Source: Trichosphaerium sp. ATCC 40318
Taxonomy: Eukaryota > Protista > Tubulinea
Reading direction: 5' to 3'
DNA length: 64,000 nucleotides
Assembly: GCA_038496445.1 (NCBI GenBank)
Contig: JALMLS010000276.1
Location: 29,868 to 93,867, forward strand
Positions within the stretch are counted from its first letter, which is position 1; the number at the start of each line of letters is the position of its first letter. The position numbers were made by a program, and so were the translations under genes. Shown here piece by piece: positions 1-10,733 of this stretch. The notes beneath the pieces are model-generated. The model was not told where the DNA came from, made no database searches, and worked only from the letters and a program-made list of their open reading frames with translations.

Positions 1-2158
1 AAACAAACTCGAGGTCAAAGAAGAATTGTTTACTCACCTCAATAAAACGTAGCTTAGTCTCCAGGTATCTGATAAACTAATCATCTCTTTCATAGTCTAA
101 AAGCGAAAGTAATAAGTAAATTATAATAAGCTGAGGGCCGATTGGAAAAGAATGCGATGAGAAAAGAGATGACTTACATCTGAAAAAAATTCATATTGGT
201 TGCATCTAATAGCAACAAAGCAGCAGTCGTATGCAATACAGACACTTCCTGGAAAATATCTTGTACTAGCTTGATATCTGTAAGTATGCCAAGACTCCAA
301 AGCTGTCTAAACGAGAAAATGTTGAGAAATAACAAACAAAACAAGATTACACATACTTCAAGTGCTTCATCATTTTTGGCAGCTGCTAAGCTTACAATTG
401 ATTTTGTCGCTGAAATCATGTTGGAGAAAAACCTCACATTAGTGGGTGATGTATCACTTAGATATTTAACAAGTAGATCTTTTGTATGATTGAGTTGGCC
501 CATACAAACATCATATTCTTCAAGAGACTAAACCGAACAAAAAAAGTTACTCGCACATCAAGCTCAAAAAAAAAAGCCGTACGATTGATGTAAACCCACA
601 ATTGGCTTCTCCCCATGCGCTTGAATACCATGGCATACCAGCAACTCTGAAGAATATCTACAAGGAGTGTAAACAATAAAAAGCAAGAGAGTAAGCTACA
701 AACAACACCAAGAAAAACCCCGGAATTCGTACTCTTGATACTGAAGCCCAGACATGTTGTATGAACTCTGCATTTGTTAAGTTTGTTGTATCCATCATAT
801 CTGCTAATTCAGCTGAAATCTCCTTGTGGACATCAATAATTTCATCCCTTAATTAAATAAGGTATTCAATGTTATTCTGTTTTACAAAAAATTAAAGTAC
901 CTAGACGCTTCGAAAACGTTATACTGGTGAAGCCTAAACCCTCGAGCAAGAGCATCTGCCCTTCTTGACACTTGTTCGATATTTACCCCATCCCATTTTA
1001 ATCTTTTCGCCATTGCTATACCACGTGCTTTAGCAAAAAAAAAAAAGCAAACAAGCGCTAATTTCACGTTCTCTGAGAAATAGTCTTGTGACATTTTCGG
1101 AGCGATTAAAGCACTTGAACATTAGGCGCTACCTTGCGATATTTGCATGTAATAGAAGCCTTGAGGTAAATCATCAAATGTAGCTATACATAACCCCAGT
1201 ATATAAGCACCAGCTGGATTTGAAAAAAAAGGTGTCAGTTGTTGCACGAAGATTATTGCTAGTTTTGGGTGTGGCGTACAGGCTGCGGATACGTTTATAG
1301 TATCGTACAAGTTACGTAGTATACGTTTGCAATCATTATAAACGAATCTGCGTGTCTATCAAATCCACCTATTCTAGCACCAAGTGCCATACAACTCATG
1401 ACTTCAAGCAATTTTGGATTAAATTGCCATGCTGTAAATTATTAATTTTTGTTGTTAACAAAGCGGAAAAGAACCCTGTCAACAAAAAATCGTTACGTAC
1501 TTCTATCCTGTTTAAGCGTTTCTAATACATTGACTGCATTCCATCCATTCGTAGAAGCACCCTAATGGATTATTACTAAATCCTCTAGGTGTACAATACA
1601 ATAACCAAAAACGAAAAAAAGTTTCTTGCACAAAACAAAGGACGTACATGCCACACAAGCAAACATTCCAAGTACATGTCAATATGACCAGCAATAGAAG
1701 AACTCAAACCAAGGTGTACAGATACTTTCCATAACTCACACTTTATAAATGTGAGAAAAAATCACGTGACTCCGGAACAACTTCATCCCAAAAAAAATCC
1801 CAAAAACTGCTGTCAGAAAATTCATCAAATGTACCTGTTTAGACGTATTTAACTCATATAGCTTCTTCCACCGTTGCGCTTCTAGTTTTTGCTCTTCTAC
1901 CTCCTTTTTCATCCTCTCTAGATCCTGTGTTGACTTACTTCTGCTCCCTCAATCAAAATCAGCATAAAAACGCCTTAAGAGCGTCATTGTGCGTTTATTA
2001 CCTACAGCAGGGCCTCGTTTTTTCGGAATAGGGTATGTACATGTCAAATTGCTCTTTGCGCAACGTCCGCACGGGTTTCTACCACTGCATTTCACGTGCT
2101 GCTTACGGCAATTCTCACAGGCTATTTTATTTTTTTTACGCCGTTTTCTTGCTTGCAT
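1..2158 (-). CDS. Zn(II)2Cys6 (GAL4-type) transcription factor, multi-exon, 3' end runs off the window
   Basis: Exon 1 encodes CENCRKQHVKCSGRNPCGRCAKSNLTC (CX2CX6CX5CX2CX6C) with basic flanks. Downstream GT-AG exons give a coiled coil (ERMKKEVEEQKLEAQRWKKLYE) and continue toward position 1. Internal exon phases were not fully resolved. Confidence 0.8.
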
Positions 2159-2390
2159 TTGATGTAGAAGGTAGTTGTAGGGTAAAAGTATTTATGATAA
2201 ACGTTTATCAAACCGAAATTCGTTGTTCCACCGACTTTGACGTCCCACCAAAGAGTGTTTTCTGAAAAAGCAAAAGAGTCACGTGTCAATTCCAGTCAGC
2301 AACTATTTTATGAACAACATAAGGCTCATCGCCAAAGTCTGTATCAATTGCTTTACGCTGGATATGAACAAGCCTTTATCAAAATCTACC

Positions 2391-3220
2391 ATGCATTTAA
2401 CAAACAAAGCTTGTCCCATGTTAACAATGATAAATCACTAGCAGATTTACCACTTGAGACACTAACGCATATTCTATGTTATTTAAATAAACATCAACGT
2501 ATTGAAGCATCTGCAGTGTCTCACGTGTTTAATAACATCATTCGCTGTAATATTGGCTTTCATAGCATCACTGTGAGAGATTCGTTGGAGTGTAGCATCC
2601 TAAAGGTAGTCCCCTTCTCGAAAATACCCATATAGCTTGCCATTTGTTGACTCTATCAGAAAGTGACTTGTCTTGCCTTTCTGGAGTCAAATCAATAAGC
2701 TTGCTTCGAACAAATACTACAGACTCACATATCCTTAGGTTACTAGGAGGAAAGCACACCATTCACGCCATTAACTTGTCATTTACAAATATAACAGATG
2801 TATCATTGATTGCACTCAGAGGTGTACACACAATTTGTCTTCGAGGTTGTGTAAAGGCACTCAAAGATGTACATGAAATTAGAATCGATCCAAAAGAGTC
2901 ATGGCTCAAACATCTTGGGAATGTACACACTGTTTATATTGGGTACTCAGCAACAGATGATGGAATTAAATCATTGATCAATGTCAAGCATTTACGTTTA
3001 TCTCATTGTCATAAGATAACTGACTCACCTTGAACACTTGAGAATTTTTAGGTGTTCTTTGCTTACTATTGATTGTTTGAAACACTTGACTTCTCTCAAA
3101 ACATTCACTACATGTGTAGACTCCAATATTACAAGAAAAGAAGTTGAAGCATTGGGTTGGATTGGCAGACCTACTAACGGATTTGTGGTCCACTATTTGA
3201 AAATCCAGTGTTCCAAATGA
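2391..3220 (+). pseudogene. F-box/LRR family pseudogene
   Basis: F-box (LPLETLTHILCYL) and LRRs are split over three frames. There is a frameshift at ~2603 within the family KGSPLL motif, an in-frame loss after LRGC, and a second break at ~3027. Confidence 0.85.
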
Positions 3221-4505
3221 GAAGAAAAAGTTTTCAAATCTGCGTTGTAAGGCAAGAACTATGGCTATCTGTACAATTAACTTTATTCATGTTTACATTA
3301 ATAAAAAGGAAGTACTATTGATGCCTTATGACGGTAATAGAAATATCAGTGTCTGTACTATTGATTGTACATTCTTAGCCAGTAATGACAACACGGTACT
3401 AGACAGAAGTTTAGCTATTAGTTTCCTATCAAAACAAGCATACCAAGGTCGTGATAAACTGAAAGGTAGCACTGCATGTGACATGCCATAAGTATCAGTG
3501 GTTTAAACGTAAAAGTAGCAACGAACAAAGGACAGGTAGTACAACAGCCTAGATGGAAACCACCGCCAATACTATGATTACGTTCCTCTTTGAAGTACTT
3601 CAGTTTTTTTGGAAAAGTTACATGTAATATACAGCCTGTAAAGTTCCAAGATAAATGGGTTACGGAGACTAAGCGAGGATTGCGACTTTACATAATACAG
3701 TCAACAACCTAGAGGCGTAACAACGCAATGACTACAATGTACTCGGAAAAGTTTTTGGTTTTTCGGTTGTTGTTTAATTGTGACTTTAAATAAAACAAGT
3801 TTCAGGCTTCATCACTAAGTGGTCAAGCCAAGAGATAGGTTCTGATCCAATCAAGTGTTGTTGTTGTTTGTAAGAGCCAATGGCGATAGGGATCTAACGT
3901 TACTCTAGAGTGTATTTTACAACAACGGTATAGTTCTTTCAATGTCTTCAGCATCGTATACATACCTCACAGCATCGTATGGCTCATTTGAACGTGTCAA
4001 ACATGTCTATCAATGACATACTGATGACTTGGAACTACAAAACTGTAAAGAGATTACAAACATTGTCACATAATGATGTACCTAACATACCTATCGCTAT
4101 CCGGTATGAAGAAAGTCAAAGTGAAGAGTCGTCAACATCATAAAAGCAAAGAAAAGGTCACGTGAAAAACTGAAAAAAAACAAACCAACAACAATGCTTC
4201 CCGTAATAGGAGCCTGATTGTTTATCAGATATTCTAAATAATTGCAAACAAGAACAATGTGTAGATAAGCTAAGGTTATAAGTCGAGTTGTTACAGGTAC
4301 GAGGTAAGGAGAATTCTGGTTCTATTAACTTTATAACATAATACAGAATGAACTTCGTTATATTCAGATAACGAATGGCGTACAAGAGGCCCCATATACG
4401 ACAAATGTGACTTTAGCAGAGTATTTTGTTTATTTACCTTGGAAGTATTGAGGCAGAACAACAACGAACTTAAGGGTTATATTTTTTTTATTTTTTCAGC
4501 TGTTT

Positions 4506-5165
4506 TTAATGATATGAAATTATAGTCCCCATAACTAAGCTTGATACACTCTCTTCCATGCCACTATAAAAGTTTCCTTTTACATTATCGGAGTCAAGTT
4601 GAAAACTGTGGCACGTGCCACGGCTGTAGCCCGGAGCCCCAGGGTTCTTACAAACTTGCAAATATTCGTAAGCACGGCAATTAAATGCACGGAAACTTGA
4701 AGCATCATCACCAAAGGAGTACTCATGTAGGTCCGACACATACATTGCGCCATAATTTCGAGCACCAAAGTCAATTGTTTTGCCACCTTGGTTTGGATGA
4801 TCATAGAGTCTAACGAAGCAATTAGTGCTTGGCGTCATTCTAAGAAATCTATTGGCTGATGGTATATTTGGCGTCTTTTCCCCTCCAATATGAATAACAA
4901 AAGATCCGCCCAAACTAGAAGTGAGAGCGCGTACAGTCTGGCAACCGCTTGAAACATGTATTGATTTAATTGCGAATGGAACCTCGTAAACTGTTTCAGA
5001 TGAAGTACAAGCAATTCTAACAGAACCCCGAAAGTCTTTGGAGGAATAAGCTTTAATACAACAACCTGAATTTTCGCTGTATGATCCCCAATCTACGGAG
5101 TACTGGAAAGATAGTACTAAGGTGGTCATAGATAAAGCCATAATTAACACTTGAAGTATTGCCAT
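4506..5165 (-). CDS. Secreted protein with beta/gamma-crystallin-like Greek-key motifs, intronless
   Basis: Signal peptide, then motifs CIKAYSSKDFRG...IKSIHV and CFVRLYDHPNQGG...FGDDASSFR, resembling the crystallin (Y/F)xxxxFxG and D/N-D-x-x-S-S signatures. Confidence 0.7.
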   Translation of the reverse strand: MAILQVLIMALSMTTLVLSFQYSVDWGSYSENSGCCIKAYSSKDFRGSVRIACTSSETVYEVPFAIKSIHVSSGCQTVRALTSSLGGSFVIHIGGEKTPNIPSANRFLRMTPSTNCFVRLYDHPNQGGKTIDFGARNYGAMYVSDLHEYSFGDDASSFRAFNCRAYEYLQVCKNPGAPGYSRGTCHSFQLDSDNVKGNFYSGMEESVSSLVMGTIISYH

Positions 5166-5766
5166 TATTGTTGAAGGAAGTTATTTTGGTTTTAAGTGTT
5201 CGTCAACTTAACCATTGTTAAAACTAATTTTCCGGTATGACGCGACATGGTTTTTCCCAATTTGTGATATTTCTTTAAGAAGGGTTATATAATATACATC
5301 TACAAACGCTCTAGTTACGTTTTTAAAGTATTCTCTGCTGTTGAACGAATACTTGAAAATACACATTAATTTTGTGTTTATAATTAACAGTGAAGGTGGT
5401 CCATGTAATCCACGGGAAAACAACGTAGAAAAAGAGTTAAAAACTACAGATAGTATTAAGTCATTAACCAAAGTGTAAAGAGACCGCTGTATGTGTGTTG
5501 ATAACGCACCATAGGTTAGTAGTAAGTAAGAAGTTATTACAGAAAAAACTACAAAAAACTATTGTCTTTGAACTGCAATAGCGCTATTTTGAACCGTTCA
5601 TTTACAGTTGGATTCACAAACTTCCGCACCTTTTTCGGCACGTTCTACACCCTACCGAAGTAGCTCTAAATCTTTCAACAAAAACCAAAAACACATTCAA
5701 CTTGTGAATCCAATTATAGACTTTTCGAATGCTAGGTTTATGCAGGTTGAATTACTTACTAACCAC

Positions 5767-6088
5767 TAGAGGTGGTCGTCGTCCGTTCCCGGCTAAGCCG
5801 GTTACAAAATCTGTAGTCGGTTAACCGGCTAAGAAACTCAGCAACAAAATCTGTAATTGGTTACTCGCTCAAAAATGTGAGATTTTGTTGGTGTTGTACC
5901 ATGGCACCACATGCTTTTTCTAAGTTCTACATGCTCTTAATCGCTTTAAAATTCGTATGTTCAATACATGGACAAGCCTATAGTGGCTCAAGGGCCAGTT
6001 TTAGTTTTCCCTTATTTTTCGTAGCCAGTTAGTTCTTCCCAATAACTTAAACGGCTAGCCGGCTATAACCGCTTAGCTACCACCTCTG
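5767..6088. mobile_element. Non-autonomous hAT-superfamily element (MITE-like), 322 bp
   Basis: TIRs TAGAGGTGGT...ACCACCTCTG. Perfect 8-bp TSD CTAACCAC at 5759-5766 and 6089-6096. Clustered subterminal CGGYTA/TARCCG repeats at both ends. Confidence 0.9.
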
Positions 6089-6594
6089 CTAACCACTGCG
6101 AAAATATGCGAATTTTGATCTGTACCTTGGATCCATTAGAGTTGAAGGTACTACACTAGGTGCAGTTGTAGTTTGGTAAACAGAGTGCAGCATTTGGATT
6201 CAAGTTGATACACAGACCATAAGTTTCGTGACAGAAATCCAAAATCCCAGGTAAAATCCTATGGATTACCGGTCATCTGCCACTAAATTGGCACTACCGC
6301 TACAGCAACCATGAGTGCTAAATGAATCTTATGTTCCATAGAACAAAATAATTTCGTGCATTAATTGACAGTGGTACATCGAATGCGGCATATTAGTATT
6401 GTAATTGTGAAGATGTGTCATATATTCTTATCTCCTTGTAATAAGTTGCCATGCATTGAAACTGATGCTTTCATCAAGGTGATGCGAATAAGTTGTTTCG
6501 TATATTTTTTTTTTTCAAACTAAGTTTGTACGTTGTTTGTTTCGTATGTCGGCATCCACTTAATCACTCCGCCACGCGGCAAAAATCCCGAATG

Positions 6595-6661
6595 CTGTGC
6601 GAGTTTCCTTGTCATTGTTGGCATGTGTTGTTATTATTATGTACAAAGAAAACTCGCACAG
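6595..6661. other. Intergenic inverted repeat / hairpin
   Basis: CTGTGCGAGTTTCCTTGT ... ACAAAGAAAACTCGCACAG gives a 12-bp perfect plus ~6-bp imperfect stem. Confidence 0.55.
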
Positions 6662-6860
6662 TTTTCAGCTTTTTTAGCTCTCGCCCACACGCTCCTGAAA
6701 CAAGTACTAATAGTCAAACTTTGCTCTCCTACGCTCGTAAAGGCCGTACACTAGCGGGAACGTTTCAGTGGAAGTCGACAAAGTCAGTAAGTAAAGTCAA
6801 CTATTTTCTGCAATAAGTGGAGCTAACTTCTGTTTGACAGTTGTACTGCGCGTGTAAACA

Positions 6861-9800
6861 ATGCATGGATGGAGGCAACTTCACGATAGATATTACAGGA
6901 ACAATGAACTCTACAAATTACCATGGGACTTGGACTTCTCAAAGTACCAGTTCGTTGGTTGTAGTTTTGGAGGACCAATAGGTGCGTACAATAAAAATAA
7001 AAAAAAAAGGAAGCAACTGATACCGTAATCATTAATTTTACACTACCATACGCTTCAACACTTTCTAGCAGCGAAAACGACTCGGAAATTTTTTACTTCA
7101 ACCGAAACTAACTCCAAATCAGCAATAACGCGCGATGATAACAAGATTGTTGCCGTAAAGGGCGAATTAACGCCTATGATAGACGTATACACATCTGCAG
7201 GTGTTAAAATCTCTTCCTTCCCTAGACCAGTCGTACAGTCAGCAAAAATCGTAAAAATGGGCTGGTCGGATCTAGAACAACTAGTTATAGTGATGAGGTA
7301 CCGCTTATTGACACTTTATTTGAAATCAGATAAATATGCGCAAAATCCTTCGTTAATAGCTTCATAGTCATGGTGTCGTTATGTTATACAACGTATCAGG
7401 AGAAAAACAGCGAGAATTCACTCTGGGCGGTGTACGTTGCTCCTCTTTTTTTTTCATCTACGCGAGTAGAGCTGTAACATTTTTTCTAAAACAGAATGGC
7501 CACTGACGTCCTACTTAGATTTACAAAGAAACAGATATCGAAGATGCAATCATATGGGGTACAGGCTTAGTTGTAATGACGCGAGAGTTCAGATTCTTCA
7601 CAGTAATGAACTTAAACGATCCATACAATTTTCGTCTTAAAGATCCTGGACCAGAATTCATATCTGCTCCATCTTCTTGGACAATTATAGAACCACAGTT
7701 TACCAGACATAAAGAATGTGTTGATGTCATTGTTGCAACAAAGTCTGGCACTGTATTGGTCATAAATCATCGTCAGTGTCAGGACCTCATGTTGAATCTT
7801 GGTCCATTTACAAGAATGGCTGTTGCTCCAAAAGGAAAAATTTTGGCTTGTATTAACAGCACTGGTAAGGTCTGGGTTGTATCTACAGACTTTCAACAGA
7901 ATCTATCTACATTTGATACAAAGAGCCCACAACCACCTGATCAACTTGTATGGTGTGGTAATGATGCTGTCGCATTATATTGGCAGTCTGATAGTTTATT
8001 GTTTATGATTGGTCCTTTTGCGAACTGGCTTAAATATAACTATGAGCATCCTATCTACCTTGTACCTGAGTGTGATGGTATACGTATAGTATCAAACAAT
8101 ACATGCGAGTTCTTGGAGCGTGTTCCTAGTACGTCAAAACTGTTTTATCAAGGACCTAGACCGAGGTCACTCCCGAAGAGCTTTTTTTTCTTTTTTCTTT
8201 TTTGGATTGATGTTTTGGGGTTTTTGTGTTTTAGCTTTTTGTCACGTGTTATTTTACTTATTTTTGTATTGTAGATGTTACAGAAACAATTCTCAAGTAT
8301 GGATCTGTTGAGCCTGCAGCACTACTGTATGATGCTCTTCAACATTTTCAAGAAAGAAGTCCAAAAGCAGATGAGAATATTCGCGCTATTAAAGAAAAGC
8401 TTCCAAAAGCAGTAGAACAATGTATTGAAGCAGCAGGTCATGAAATAACACAAGAGACACAGCGAAAGCTACTTAAAGCCGCTTCATTTGGCAAAGTAAG
8501 TCAAAAATCTTTTTTTGTTTGAAATTTCGTTTTTTTCGAAGAGAAAAAAGCAGTTCCTTTACTAGATCAAGTGTATACACTTGCTTCTCTTTTCTCGACT
8601 GCTTCACTGCCAGGACTATATTGTACATAACCGCATCCTCCTTAGTGTAGTGGTTTAGCACGGTAGCCTGTCACGTTGCCAACCCGGGTTCGATTCCCGG
8701 AGGAGGAGTTCAAAACAACTTTTTTACCTGTTTCGTATTTTTTTCTGATTTGGAACTTTTTAGGCTTTCCTTGACTTCCGTGTTACTGGATTCCCTCCTG
8801 ATTTATTCGTTGATACTGCACGTATTGTTAGAGTACTCAATCAAGTCAGAGCACAGTTCATAGGACTACCAATAACCATGCAACAATATAAAATCTTGAC
8901 TCCAGAGAAGCTCATAGAAAGATTGATTCAGCGTCACCATCATCTCCTCGCTTATGAGATATGCAACTACCTAAAGCTAACTCTCCTTGAAGACTCGGCA
9001 CATCGTGGAGGTCCACTAAAAGGAGATCCTCTTGCGTATAAGGTTTTAATCGACTGGGCTTGCTGTAAGGTTAAAGGAACAACAATGGATGTTCAACAAG
9101 TACTTCAGCAAATAGGTACCAACTTCATACTTGGCTTCGTTTTTTGTTGCTCACGTGATATTTTTCTTTAGTTAACAGGTTGAAAAACGCACCTGGTATA
9201 TCATACGCACGTATTGCATCTACAGCACATGTAGCAGGAAAGAAGGAACTCGCCACAATGGTAAAGAAACGTGAAAAGAAAACTACTTTTTGTTAACCTT
9301 TTATTTTAGCTCCTTGATTATGAGCCAAAACCTGACTCTCAGGTTCCTCTTCTTATATCAATGAACCAGCCTTGGCGCGCTCTCGATAAAGCCATAGCTT
9401 CAGGTAACACAGACCTTGCTATGCTTGTCATACTTCATCTCTACAGAGAGCACAAAGATTCGTTTTTTGATACTTTGGCAAGAAACAAGGTCGCTCTTGC
9501 TTTATACATACAGTACACTCGACAAACCGATACAGGTCTTCTACAAGAAGTATATAGATATCTAGGACGTAAAGACTTGGAAGGAGACCTTGCATTCCGT
9601 CAAGCATTGACAAGAACGAAAGCAGAAGAAAGTGATAAAATATGGAAAAACGAATATCAAAAAGCATCATCTCTTTACAAGTCTGTTGATCACTTTAAAC
9701 AAAAAATGGTCGACGAAAAACTAAGTCTATTACTCGACCAGAGAGATCTCGAGGCAGGTGGTGATAAATCAGAGGAAAATCGTTTTGTTGGATCTAGTTT

Positions 9801-10484
9801 ATCGAGCACAATCTATAGGTTGATTTTGCTTGGAAATAATAAACGTGCAGGTCAATTAAAGGATAAGTATAAAGTACCTTCTAAGAGGTATTGGTGGATT
9901 GTTATAAGAGCATTGGCTGCTTCTGGTAATTGGCCTGGTTTAGAGAAACTAGCTAAAGATAAATCTCCTATTGGATACCGCCCATTTGCTCAGATTTGCA
10001 TCGATGAAGGTACCTTTTTCTTTCTTTTTTTTTCTCAAAAAATTCTTTCTTTATTCTTAAAAACAAACCAAAAAAAAGGCTACAGTACTATGGCTCTGGC
10101 TCTCAAAAACAACTATTTATATTTGAAATTTTCTCTAATTTCGGAGTATTACTCTTGATACAAGCCATTACAGTACGAGAGCAAATCAGATCAGACTTTT
10201 TTTACGTTTTTTTTTCAGTCAGCTTTCATCTTGTTCGCTCTTGTTGTTAACTGTTTTTTTTCTTGTCAGGCAAGAATGATGAAGCAGTAAAGTATATTCC
10301 AAAGATATCAAGCGCTCAAGAGCGTATTACTCTATACGCTAGTATTGGTAGATGGAAGGAAGCTGTTGATGATGCTATAAATCTTAAAGATCCAGAGCTA
10401 CTACAACAAATCGCTCAGCAGTGCAATGATCCATCGGTGGCCAATAAAATCCAGCATATCTTGCAGTCTAATAGTGGAAGATAG
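6861..10484 (+). CDS. VPS16: Vacuolar protein sorting 16 (HOPS/CORVET core), multi-exon
   Basis: Spliced translation gives CSFGGPIA, PPDQLVWCGNDAV, LVPECDGIRI, PKADENIR, LLKAASFGK, ISYARIA, EPKPDSQVPLL, YKVPSKRYWW and KSPIGYRPF, all characteristic of Vps16. Confidence 0.95.
8636..8708 (+). tRNA. tRNA-Asp(GTC), nested in a VPS16 intron on the same strand
   Basis: 73-nt cloverleaf: acceptor TCCTCCT/AGGAGGA plus discriminator G, D-arm, anticodon loop CTGTCAC, T-loop GGTTCGATTCC, and an oligo-T terminator ~12 nt downstream. Confidence 0.95.
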
Positions 10485-10733
10485 ACACTATACCCAGTTC
10501 TTAGATATATTGAAAGCCTAATACAAAGACTTCCAGATCAGATTTTTTATGAAAGAAATCGTATCTGACATATGCGGACTTGGCCTATTTTTTCTCTCTT
10601 CAAATTTCACTCATGCAGCTAGTAGTTTGCAGTATGTAACGAGAAGCCTATAGTAGTGTAAATTAACAAATAAAATTTTATCTCATTTCAGTAAAAGAGA
10701 GAGGTAAACTGTTGAGTTGCGGAGAACAAGAAT

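Noticed and set aside
1946-1952. GAG 3' splice site in the Zn2Cys6 gene
   Set aside because: An in-frame TAG acceptor lies a little downstream, so GAG is not required.
3860-4100. Possible further LRR relic (DLELQNCKEITN)
   Set aside because: Too short and degenerate to support by eye.
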